From the NCBI GenBank assembly GCA_963842085.1, contig CAWJET010000001.1, forward strand, positions 2,176,001 to 2,240,000: a stretch of DNA of 64,000 nucleotides, given 5' to 3'. Shown here in pieces: positions 38,480-49,294 of the stretch. The notes below the pieces were generated by a model. That model saw nothing but the letters and a program-made list of their open reading frames with translations. It was not told where the DNA came from and searched no databases. The position numbers and the translations under genes are program-made. Numbering within the stretch: position 1 is the first letter of the stretch; each line of letters starts with the position of its first letter. This DNA comes from an uncultured delta proteobacterium (GTDB lineage: Bacteria > Desulfobacterota > Binatia > Binatales > Binataceae).

Positions 38480-39030
38480 TCGCCCTGGTACCGGTCTGTA
38501 ACACCGGATGAGTATTGTGCCGGCCGGCATCCTTGTTGATCTCGATGCCGAATGCACTCGACAATTGCTCGGCAACTTTCCGGCAGCCGAAGCGTGGATT
38601 TCGCCGCTTCATCTCGACGACCGCGTCAATCGCTTCTTTTGAGGGACCTTTGGGTCCAGGGCGATGACGCTTTCTCGAGTTGTAGAGAAGATAATACTTG
38701 CGCTTCACCAGGGCGTGGTAAAATCTCAGAAGAGTGGAAGGCTTCAGTATCACGGCCATCTTGCTCAAGCGTTCGCGTGACACTCTCAGCGTCAGCCGAT
38801 CCGTTCAAGTCAGATTCGGAGCACGTTGCCGCGAGCGCTTCATGATGAGTAACTGGTGTTTGACCGCGAGTGATTCTGCCGCCACTGCCCGAAGACCGCC
38901 CCTCCTGGCAAGCCTCGCCAGCGTGACCAGCAGATGGGCGGTCAAGATGAACATTTCTCGCCCGGAAGCGAACTTTAGCGGTAAGTGAAGGACCCACAAG
39001 AGTGCGTTTCGGAAGTGGTTTCTGCCAGAA
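38480..39030 (-). mobile_element. Integrase-core IS transposase remnant, N-terminal part (frameshifted)
   Basis: AESLAVKHQLLIMKRSRQRAPNL / KPSTLLRF...PGPKGPS...MKRRNPRFG...FGIEINKD. Confidence 0.8.
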
Positions 39031-39053
39031 CTAGCAATTCGCCACAGACGGGT

Positions 39054-39746
39054 TCAGCTTTGTGAGTGCTGACGTTTAAGGAATTCGATCTCTTCCTTCG
39101 TCGATTGCCGTCCGAGCGCCTGGTTTCGGCCGGGAAACCTGCCGAATCGCCGAATTGTATCAAGATGCAAGTCGGCTGACTTCCGGATTGCCGTACTTTC
39201 CGGGGATTCGCCGTATTCGTCCGCGAGAGCGACGGCCAGGCGCACCGATTCCATTTGATCCTTTAGATGTTCACTGTGTTCGAAGGGCAGATACAAAAAC
39301 ATCCGCATGACTTGCGGCAATTCGCGATCGAATCCGGATGCAATTGCGTGACGGCTGACCTCGCGTGCTTTAGCGTCCGTCGCAAACGCTCGCGCGGTGT
39401 CGCGGAACATGTTGCGTGGAAATTGATCCAGCAATAATACCAGCGCGAGACAACTTCTGGGGGCTTTCTTCCAGCTGTCCAGGCGGCCAAACGCAGCGTC
39501 CAGGTAACTGTTGAGGAAAAGAGACTTACAAAGCCGGTCGAACTCGGGATCGGGCACGAACCATCGTGACCAAAGATGGACGGCATCCTCGGCGGCATGA
39601 CCGGGCGTCATCCAGAAATTGAGGATGCGCTCCGCTTGCGAAGCTGTGCGTCTGCTGTCCGGAGGGTCTTTAGAAGATACGCTTCGTCCGGCCTTTGATC
39701 CTGGTTTTTTCGCATCTTGGGCGATCTTTTGCTTGCGCCGCTCCAT
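39054..39746 (-). CDS. DUF924 family protein
   Basis: ILNFW, LLDQFPRNMFR, FLYLPFEHSE, RFGRFPGRN-ALGR-ST-EE. Confidence 0.9.
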   Translation of the reverse strand: MERRKQKIAQDAKKPGSKAGRSVSSKDPPDSRRTASQAERILNFWMTPGHAAEDAVHLWSRWFVPDPEFDRLCKSLFLNSYLDAAFGRLDSWKKAPRSCLALVLLLDQFPRNMFRDTARAFATDAKAREVSRHAIASGFDRELPQVMRMFLYLPFEHSEHLKDQMESVRLAVALADEYGESPESTAIRKSADLHLDTIRRFGRFPGRNQALGRQSTKEEIEFLKRQHSQS

Positions 39747-39750
39747 CGCC

Positions 39751-42700
39751 CTATGCGTTTAGTTCCTGAAGGAGCGCCCTGGCATCTCTCAAGTCCGCGG
39801 TGTCGAAACCTTCAGTGAACGATCCGTAGACTTCGGCGAGCAGCGGGCGCGCCTCTTCGCGGCGATTCAAGTCTTGCAGCAGCCGCGCAAGGCTGGTGCT
39901 GGCGCGCAACTCCCACGATTTGGCTCGTTGCTTGCGTGAGATATCGAGCGCCGAGTGAAAGGACTGCTCGGCCGCGGCCGCATTCGCCTTGTCGTGGCCC
40001 AATAGCAGTTCACCCTTCAGGCGATGCAACTCCGCCTGATAGTACTGTTGGCCGGTCCTCTCGGTGAAAAGGAATGCCTCCTCTAGCGCGGCGAGCCCCT
40101 CTTCATACCGCCCTGCGCGGCCCAGGGCCGTGGCGACAAATGTAAGACACCGATCGGTTATATACTCGGAGCCGCCGGCCTTAAGCTGTGACATGTGGGC
40201 TTTCATCTTCGCGATGCCACCCTCCAGGTCGCCGTCGAGCACATCGGCCCATCCCAGATAGATTTCGCTGAGCGCCCTGCCCGTGAACAGACCGGAAGCG
40301 GTCGCTATTGCGAGTCTGGCCTCCGCTCTGGCTCGCATTTGCCGGGTTTCGCGCCGAAGCTCGCAAATGTAGGCCGCGAATCCATTCAAGTCGCCGATCA
40401 AGCTCTTTGACCTACGATTATCCGTTGCGGTCGCGCTATTCATTCGTTCCACCGCTCGATCGGGGTAACCGAGAAACCACAGGTTCCAACCTGAAATGAT
40501 GCGATTGTTTTCCAATGTGTAGAAAAGCTGGACCGCTGCCTGCGCCTGGGAAATCTGTGTTGCGCGTCCGTCCGTGAAACCTGATGCCGGTTTGGCGATC
40601 GATTCCAGAACTGTCCATGTTCGATCGAAAGCATCGGCGGCGGCTTCGAAATCCCCCGCGACCATTTTGGTGTAGGCCAGCCAATTGCCGGCTTCCGCGA
40701 GGAGTCCGTCGGCGCCGTGTTCTTCGGCGCGCGCGACCAATTCGGAAGCGATCGCTCCCGCTCTCCGCACGTCGGGACGCATCTGCTGCACGAAGTAAAT
40801 GCCGAAGAGCGCCCACCAGCTTTTTTCCCAGTTGACGCCGGGACGTTGACAAAGGGCTATTGCGCGCTCGGTCGAGCCTTCGACTTCTGGCGAAGCGAGT
40901 CCCTTTATATCTCCGAGGGCGCTATAGGCCGCGTTGCGCAGGTCCAACTCCCGGTCGGCGCGCGACTCGTCGTCGGGAAGCTTCTGTAGGAGATCGAGTC
41001 CGGTTTCGAAAAGCGCGACTGCCTCGGCGAGCGAGCCGCGCGCTTGGCTTTGCTCGATCGCAAGGAGGCAATATCCGACTGCTTTTTCGTGATTACCGCT
41101 GCGGGCGTAGTGGTACGTCAGCGCCGCAAGGTGATCGCCCAGGTTATCGCGATAGACCGATTCCAGGCCGTAGCCGATCCGTTCGTGCAGCAACCGCCGG
41201 CGTTCATTGAGAACCGAGTTATACGCAACGTCATGGGTGAGAGCATGCTTGAACGTGTACTCAAGGTCTCCTACCGCCGGCTGTTCGTAGATGAACTCAC
41301 CCAGCTGAAGCTCGGATAGCATCGACTCCAGGTCAGATGCTGCCGGGTCCGCATCTTTGCGCGACAGAGTCAGCGCCATCGTTGCCGCTTCGGGATTCGT
41401 GCTCGCAATCGCCGAGATGGTTGGCGGCTGCCATACCTGACGAACCAGACCGAGCTTGAACTCCATTCCGATGACGGCGAGCGTTTGCAGCAAATCTTTC
41501 TGGTCCGGCGGCAAGCGGTCGATGCGCGCGGCCAGGATTGCCTGAACCGTGGGTGGAATCTTCAGCTCGCGCAGCGGTTTGGTGAGCCTCGTAGTGCCGT
41601 TGCGCACCAGTGCCCCTTCGTCCAGGAGAACCTGTACAGTCTCTTCCATAAAGAAGGGGTTGCCCTCGGTCTTCTCTATGATGATCCGCTTGAGTGGTGC
41701 TAAATCCGGCTCGCTCCCAAGCAGAGCGGTCAGCATCTCATCCGCGCTTTCCTTACCAAGCGGGTCGAGCCGCAACTGCGTATAGTAGGTTTTGTTCCCC
41801 CATTCGTGGCGGTACTCCGGCCGATAGTTGACCAGGAGCAGGATCCGCGCGGTGCCGATAGAGTCCGCGAGCAAGTTCAGAAACGCCTGCGACTCACTAT
41901 CGATCCAGTGCAGGTCTTCGAATACGACGATGAGCGGCTGGTTCAGGCTTTCGCGCAGAAGTATCCGCTTGACCGCGTCGAGCGCGCGATGCTTTCGAGT
42001 TTGTGCCTTGATTTCCGCAATCTGATTGTCTTCATCGGCGATGCCGAGCAGGCCGTACAGGTACTGAAGCGTATCTTCCAGCGAACGATCGAGCGTCAGT
42101 ACCTTGCCGTTGATCTTCTCGCGCCGCTTGCGCGCATCATCTTCGGACGAAATCTCGAAGTACGAGTACAGCAGGTCGATCAGCGGAAAGAATGCTGAAG
42201 CCTGTCCGTGTGAGACCGAGAATGCTTCGAGCACCATCCAGCCCGATCGCGACGCAGCCTTGAACTCGAACAGGAGGCGTGACTTGCCGACCCCCGCCTC
42301 AGCCATCGCCGCGACGATCTGGCCGCGCCCCGCTTTCGCCTGCTCGGCGGCGCGTTTGATGGCTTGTATTTCATTCTGCCGCCCGACGAACTTGGTGTAG
42401 CCGCGCCCCGCCGATCGCTGCAGACGAGTGCGCAGAGGTCCCAGCCCTGTTACTTCGTACAGCTCAACCGGTTCGCTGACCCCCTTGATACGCGCGAGCC
42501 CCAGCCCGTTGAGCGTGAAGTAGCCCTCGACCAACCTGCTCACAGCGCGAGTGATCGCGATCGATCCCGGTGGCGCCAGCGCCTGCAATCGCGAGGCGAG
42601 GCTTATCGAGTGACCTATCGGCGAATACTCGGTGTCTGTCTCACCCTTTTTTATTGTTCGGACCACCACTTCGCCGACATTGACCCCAATTCGGATCGTG

Positions 42701-43230
42701 ACGGGTGGCTCTCCGCGCTCTCGCAGCCGATCCGAGTAACGCCTGAGGTCCTCCTGCATGCGCAACGCGGCATAAAGCGCGTGCTGCGGATGATCCTCGA
42801 GCGCAATTGGCGCGCCGAACACCGCGAAGATTCCGTCGCCCGTCGATTGGGCGACATAGCCGCCGTAACGGCGGACTGCCTCGATCATCAGCTGAAGGGC
42901 CGGATCAACGATCGCGCGCGCCTCTTCGGGATCGAGGTTCTCGATCATCTCCATCGACCCCTTGATATCGGCGAAGAGCGCGGTGACAGTCTTCCGCTCG
43001 CCTTCACTGGCGGCGGGATCATGCTGCTCCGGCACGGGCGCGGGCTCGCTCGCAGCCGGCTTCGTAGCACGCGCTTTCGCATCGAGTGGGGCGCCGCAAT
43101 CGCGGCAGAACTTCGCGGGAGGCGAATACTCCGCGCCGCACTTCGGACACTTGGCGGCAAAAGGATTCCCACACTCAGCGCAGAATCTGGTGCCGGGCGG
43201 ATTTTCGGAGCTGCAGTTTGAGCAGCGCAT
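39751..43230 (-). CDS. STAND NTPase: double zinc ribbon + class III cyclase + AAA ATPase + TPR
   Basis: Four CxxC; LFADIKGS, GDG; AEAGVGKS; EDLHW; TEGNPFF; C-terminal ELHRLKGELLL, WELRA, FTEGFDT. Confidence 0.92.
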   Translation of the reverse strand: MRCSNCSSENPPGTRFCAECGNPFAAKCPKCGAEYSPPAKFCRDCGAPLDAKARATKPAASEPAPVPEQHDPAASEGERKTVTALFADIKGSMEMIENLDPEEARAIVDPALQLMIEAVRRYGGYVAQSTGDGIFAVFGAPIALEDHPQHALYAALRMQEDLRRYSDRLRERGEPPVTIRIGVNVGEVVVRTIKKGETDTEYSPIGHSISLASRLQALAPPGSIAITRAVSRLVEGYFTLNGLGLARIKGVSEPVELYEVTGLGPLRTRLQRSAGRGYTKFVGRQNEIQAIKRAAEQAKAGRGQIVAAMAEAGVGKSRLLFEFKAASRSGWMVLEAFSVSHGQASAFFPLIDLLYSYFEISSEDDARKRREKINGKVLTLDRSLEDTLQYLYGLLGIADEDNQIAEIKAQTRKHRALDAVKRILLRESLNQPLIVVFEDLHWIDSESQAFLNLLADSIGTARILLLVNYRPEYRHEWGNKTYYTQLRLDPLGKESADEMLTALLGSEPDLAPLKRIIIEKTEGNPFFMEETVQVLLDEGALVRNGTTRLTKPLRELKIPPTVQAILAARIDRLPPDQKDLLQTLAVIGMEFKLGLVRQVWQPPTISAIASTNPEAATMALTLSRKDADPAASDLESMLSELQLGEFIYEQPAVGDLEYTFKHALTHDVAYNSVLNERRRLLHERIGYGLESVYRDNLGDHLAALTYHYARSGNHEKAVGYCLLAIEQSQARGSLAEAVALFETGLDLLQKLPDDESRADRELDLRNAAYSALGDIKGLASPEVEGSTERAIALCQRPGVNWEKSWWALFGIYFVQQMRPDVRRAGAIASELVARAEEHGADGLLAEAGNWLAYTKMVAGDFEAAADAFDRTWTVLESIAKPASGFTDGRATQISQAQAAVQLFYTLENNRIISGWNLWFLGYPDRAVERMNSATATDNRRSKSLIGDLNGFAAYICELRRETRQMRARAEARLAIATASGLFTGRALSEIYLGWADVLDGDLEGGIAKMKAHMSQLKAGGSEYITDRCLTFVATALGRAGRYEEGLAALEEAFLFTERTGQQYYQAELHRLKGELLLGHDKANAAAAEQSFHSALDISRKQRAKSWELRASTSLARLLQDLNRREEARPLLAEVYGSFTEGFDTADLRDARALLQELNA

Positions 43231-43248
43231 CTGCCGATTCCGGGCCCG

Positions 43249-43950
43249 CTACGGCTTGACGACCTCGCCGCGATGATCCTTGTACATCCGGTCGCGCCAG
43301 GCGAATACTTCAGAGAACGCCGGATCGTCGCCGAGCTGGTCGCGGTAGACGAACCGCAGTTCCGGCGTAAAGACGAAAAACTTTTGGGGCGCCGCTTTCA
43401 ACACCATCAGCATCGCTGCGACGGTCACGTCGGCGCGAGTGAACGTATCGCCGACCAGATATTGACGCCCGCTCAGCGTGTCCCTGAGACTCGTCAAGAT
43501 CCTTGTGGCAGTGAGCCTGCTCTGCTCTTCCGCAAATTCTGAGTAGCCGTACTTTTCCGCGAAGTACTTTCCGCTCTTTTGCGCTTCGGGATCGTCGATG
43601 CGGAGCAGGCGCCCGGTGATCAATGTGCGACCATGGGGTCCCAGCGCGTTAAGCGCGATCTCCTCCCATAGCGTCACCATCGCGCGCTCTTTCGCCGACT
43701 TGGGTAACAGCGCCGGCTCCGGTCTCGTTTCCTCGAGCCAATCCAAAATTGCGCTGGAATCGGGAATCACCTTATCGCCAGTGATCAACACCGGCACCAT
43801 CGCCTGGCCGGTCAACTTCTTCACCGCGGCCTCGCCGACGCCGGGCTCGTAATTCTGCTTCTCGTAGGGCAATCGTTTGAATGCGAAGGCCCATCGGACC
43901 CGCTCCGACCAGGGCGATCCGTACATTGTGATCAGCTTGGTTGTGCCCAT
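43249..43950 (-). CDS. Glutathione S-transferase family protein
   Basis: SPWSERVRWA, VPVL, DSSAI, YLVGDTFTRAD; GGAGG RBS. Confidence 0.88.
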   Translation of the reverse strand: MGTTKLITMYGSPWSERVRWAFAFKRLPYEKQNYEPGVGEAAVKKLTGQAMVPVLITGDKVIPDSSAILDWLEETRPEPALLPKSAKERAMVTLWEEIALNALGPHGRTLITGRLLRIDDPEAQKSGKYFAEKYGYSEFAEEQSRLTATRILTSLRDTLSGRQYLVGDTFTRADVTVAAMLMVLKAAPQKFFVFTPELRFVYRDQLGDDPAFSEVFAWRDRMYKDHRGEVVKP

Positions 43951-44035
43951 GATCAAACCTCCCCGAGGAATCCTTTCGATGTTTCACCCCCCGAGAATCG
44001 TAAGGCGGTCGAAGCTGGCCGCCAATGCTTTTTGG

Positions 44036-44064
44036 CTGAACTTTGTCTGAACTCGATCTGAACT
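44036..44064. promoter_or_regulatory. Triple CTGAACT direct repeat with 11-bp period (OmpR/PhoB/SARP-type site candidate)
   Basis: Exact copies at 44036, 44047 and 44058 in a divergent intergenic region. Confidence 0.7.
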
Positions 44065-44136
44065 TTCGCGGAAAAAAGAATGCGTCGAGCCTATACGCTC
44101 GCCAGACGCGGAAGTAGAATCGGCGAAAGCCGCAAA

Positions 44137-47079
44137 ATGCCCAATGATCTCGTCCAGTTCGACGATTTTGTGTTGAATCGCTCCGCTTGCGAGCTCCGCC
44201 GTGGCGATGCGTTAGTGCCGCTACAGCGGGTTCCGCTCGAGCTTCTATCTTTCTTGCTCGAACGCCGCGGGAAGTTGGTTACGCGCAAGGAGATTCTGGA
44301 ACGCGTGTGGGGCAAAGGGGTTTTCGTCGATGGCGAGACCAGTATCAACACCGCGGTGCGAAAGCTCCGACGGGCGTTGTCAGACGATCCTCACGCGCCG
44401 CGATTCGTCGCGACGGTGCCGGCGAGAGGTTATCGATTCGTCGCGGAAATCCGCTCGCCGAAGCCGGGTATTATGGCGCGTCCCGCAGGCCCGCGATCGT
44501 CGGTAATGGTAGGGCGCGAGCACGAGCTGGCCTCATTGATTGGCGGACTCGACGATGCGGCGGCGCGGCGCGGGCGGTTGTTTCTGATTTGCGGCGAACC
44601 GGGCGTGGGCAAGACGCGGCTGGCAGACGAGGTGGCGACCGTTGCCGAGGCGAAGCGAATGGCGCTGATGGTCGGGCACTGCTCGGAACACGATGAAGCC
44701 ATCGCCTATCTGCCTTTCGTTGAAATCCTGGAAAACTTCGTGGAACGCTCCGAGCGTCCGGAGCGTTTGCGTGCCGCATTGGGAACCGACGGTCCGGAAC
44801 TCGCCCGCTTACTTCCCAAGCTGAAAAAAGTTGTACCGGAACTTCTTCCCCCGATAGCTTTGCCGCCTGCTCAGGCCCGACGCCACCTGCTCAACTGCTT
44901 CTTCGACTTCGCCGCTCGCGCTGCTTCCACTCGGCCGGTACTTATGATTCTCGAAGATCTTCATTGGGCCGACGATTCGACCTTGGCCCTGCTGGATCAC
45001 ATCGCGCAGCGGCTTTCGGATCAGCCGTTGATGGTTATCTGCACCTATCGCGATGCGGAGACGAACATCACACCGGTCCTGGCACGGACGCTCGAGGATC
45101 TCGTCCGCGGCCGACTCGCGACCGAAGTAAGGCTAAAGCGCCTGCCCCGCGGCGAAGTCGCCGCCATGCTGAGCAGCCTGAGCGGAAAGCCGCCGCCTCA
45201 GGGCATCGTTGCGGAAATATTCGCGGAGACCGAAGGTAATCCATTCTTCGTCGAAGAACTCTTTCATCATCTCGAAGATGAAGGTCGACTCTACGATGCG
45301 GAGGGACAATTCCGTTCAAAACTCCAGATCGGCGAGTTGGATGCGCCGCGCAGCGTTCGGCTTGTGGTCGCGAGACGACTGGCGCGGCTCGGCCGACTCA
45401 CCCGGGAGATACTGGCGGCCGCATCGGTGATTGGAAGATTTTTCAGCTTCGAAGTTCTTCAGGCTCTCTACGACGACGATGCCGATTCGATTCTGGAATG
45501 CCTCGAAGAAGCGGAGAAGGCAGGTCTACTGGTGTCGGTCGCGACCGGCTCACAGGCGCGGTTTGCCTTCTCACACGAGCTGATTCGTCAGGCGGTGCTC
45601 GGCGGTTTGTCGGCGATGCGGCGTCAGCGACTTCATTTGAAAATAGCTGACGCAATCGAGCAAATGGCTTCCACCATGTCCGAACAGACATCTGCCACGA
45701 GCCGCGACGAACTGGCCGCCCAGCTCGCGCATCACCACGCCCGGGGCGGAAATCCGGACAAGGCCGTCGAGTACTACCTAAGCGCCGTTCGGCAGCTTGC
45801 GGACCTCGGCTCCAACGTCGAGGCGATTGCGATGTTCAACGCAGGCCTTGAACTATTGGGGGAACTACCTGATGACGACCGGCGGACAAAGCTGGAGATC
45901 GACCTTCGATTCGCCGCCAACGAACCATTGGGAGACAGCAAGGGGCTGGCATCGGCGGAAATAGAGCAGTCGATCGACCGCGCGCTCGCGCTATGCAAAA
46001 GGCCGGGGATCAACTGGGAAAGAACCTGGTGGGCTTTGTACAACGCGTTTTGGGTTCACCATCTCCGTCCCGATACCCGCAGGGCGCGCGATATCGCTGC
46101 TGAGCTTGTCGCGGGAGCCGAGGGGAAGGGTACCGCCGCGCATATTGCGGAGGCCGAGACTTCGTTTGCTTGGGCGAGGATGTACTCGGGTGAGTTCGAG
46201 CTCGCTGATCAAGGCTTCGAGCGTGCGTGGGTGCATCTGGAATCGATTCAGAACCGCGCATCGACTTTACCGCCGCCCGATGGATCCGATCGCGAAGTGC
46301 GTACTATCTCGCAACTAGGCACTCCTCAGAACAACCGTGCGGTATCCGGGTGGAACCTGTGGTTCATGGGCTATCCGGATCGCGCGGTGGAGCGAATGAA
46401 TGTCGCCACGGCAATCGCGAATGCGGGGGTTAAGACGATGCTCGCTGACATCCACGGCTTCGCCAGTTACATTCACGAGCTTCGCCGCGAACCCGAGCTG
46501 ATGAAAGCGCGGGCCGAGGCAAGGCTGCAGCTTTCAATCGAATGGGGCTATCCCACCGGCAAGGCATTGAGCGAAATCTACCTCGGCTGGGCCGATGCGA
46601 TAGCAGGCGATTTGGAGCGCGGCATGGCGCGCATACGACAGTATCTGTCCGAAGTGAAGGCCAGCGGCTGCGAGTACGTGTATGACCGGTGCCTCTCGTT
46701 CATAGCAATCGCGCTCAGCCGAATGGGACGGTTCGATGAAGCGCTCAAAGCCATCGACGAGTCATTTTCCTTCACCGACAGAACCGGCCAGCACTACTAC
46801 GAGGCCGAACTGCATCGACTAAAGGGCGAGCTACTGCTAGCCCGCAATCCATCAGACGGCGCGCGCGCTGAGCGATGCTTTCGCTCCGCGATCGATATTG
46901 CGCGCGAGCAGCAAGCGCGTTCCTGGGAATTGCGCGCCGCGACAAGCCTCGCACGACTTGCGAGAGGCACGAAACGTGAGAGTGGGGCGCGAACTATTCT
47001 GTCGGCAGCCTACGGATGGTTCACGGAGGGTTTCGATACCCGGGATCTGAAAGATGCTAGGGTGCTACTCAACGACTAG
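44137..47079 (+). CDS. STAND NTPase: OmpR/PhoB-type wHTH + AAA ATPase + TPR
   Basis: LRRAL-D...TVPARGYRF wHTH; GEPGVGKT; EDLHW; TEGNPFF; WELRA, FTEGFDT. Confidence 0.92.
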   Translation: MPNDLVQFDDFVLNRSACELRRGDALVPLQRVPLELLSFLLERRGKLVTRKEILERVWGKGVFVDGETSINTAVRKLRRALSDDPHAPRFVATVPARGYRFVAEIRSPKPGIMARPAGPRSSVMVGREHELASLIGGLDDAAARRGRLFLICGEPGVGKTRLADEVATVAEAKRMALMVGHCSEHDEAIAYLPFVEILENFVERSERPERLRAALGTDGPELARLLPKLKKVVPELLPPIALPPAQARRHLLNCFFDFAARAASTRPVLMILEDLHWADDSTLALLDHIAQRLSDQPLMVICTYRDAETNITPVLARTLEDLVRGRLATEVRLKRLPRGEVAAMLSSLSGKPPPQGIVAEIFAETEGNPFFVEELFHHLEDEGRLYDAEGQFRSKLQIGELDAPRSVRLVVARRLARLGRLTREILAAASVIGRFFSFEVLQALYDDDADSILECLEEAEKAGLLVSVATGSQARFAFSHELIRQAVLGGLSAMRRQRLHLKIADAIEQMASTMSEQTSATSRDELAAQLAHHHARGGNPDKAVEYYLSAVRQLADLGSNVEAIAMFNAGLELLGELPDDDRRTKLEIDLRFAANEPLGDSKGLASAEIEQSIDRALALCKRPGINWERTWWALYNAFWVHHLRPDTRRARDIAAELVAGAEGKGTAAHIAEAETSFAWARMYSGEFELADQGFERAWVHLESIQNRASTLPPPDGSDREVRTISQLGTPQNNRAVSGWNLWFMGYPDRAVERMNVATAIANAGVKTMLADIHGFASYIHELRREPELMKARAEARLQLSIEWGYPTGKALSEIYLGWADAIAGDLERGMARIRQYLSEVKASGCEYVYDRCLSFIAIALSRMGRFDEALKAIDESFSFTDRTGQHYYEAELHRLKGELLLARNPSDGARAERCFRSAIDIAREQQARSWELRAATSLARLARGTKRESGARTILSAAYGWFTEGFDTRDLKDARVLLND

Positions 47080-47118
47080 CGCGATAACCAATTCGATCGC
47101 AGAACGTTAGAGTGCGCC

Positions 47119-47173
47119 GCTGTCCGAGATCCTTCACATGCGCTCTCGTCGCTCGCTTCGTTCAGGATGACAA
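47119..47173 (-). repeat. REP-like element (TGTCATCCTGA-CGAAGCGA...GAAGGATCTC family)
   Basis: Related copies at 57261-57358 and 59484-59525; all lie between convergent genes. Confidence 0.65.
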
Positions 47174-47219
47174 AATTCCTTGCGTTGCAGACGACGTGCG
47201 CGGCAGATTGGCCTAAGAA

Positions 47220-47642
47220 TCAGCGTGTCGCGGATTTCAGGGTGGCGGCTTCTACTCGGGCGCGGGCTAGTTGCAGGGCTTCCTGAGCTGGCTGGTAGGC
47301 TGGGTCGTAGAAGCTCAGAGTTGAGAATTGTTCGTCGGCTTGTTGTACTTCGGCGGTCGCGGCGCTTGCGTCGATGGTCTCGGGGGATTCGGCGCTGCTG
47401 GCTAACACTGTCATTACGCTGTCTTTCACTTCGGCCAGGCCGCCGGAGACTACCCAATGCATCCTGGTGCCATCGGGGAGGCGCGCTTCCAGGACGCCGG
47501 GGACTAGCGACGTTATGAAGTTGATGTGTTCGGGCAGGACACCGAATTCGCCTAGCGGTCCTATGGCTGAGACTTCTTCGGCGTCGCCTTCGAAGACTAT
47601 GCCGGTGGGCGTGACCAGTCTGAATGGGAACGTTGCGGCCAT
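47220..47642 (-). CDS. atpC: ATP synthase F1 epsilon subunit
   Basis: LVTP, GEFGVLPEH, VSGGLAEV; operon position. Confidence 0.93.
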   Translation of the reverse strand: MAATFPFRLVTPTGIVFEGDAEEVSAIGPLGEFGVLPEHINFITSLVPGVLEARLPDGTRMHWVVSGGLAEVKDSVMTVLASSAESPETIDASAATAEVQQADEQFSTLSFYDPAYQPAQEALQLARARVEAATLKSATR

Positions 47643-47654
47643 CGTGGGATTCCG

Positions 47655-49258
<1,604 letters not shown>

Positions 49259-49294
49259 AAGAGCAGAGGGAAGAGAACCGGATAAGAAAAGAGT

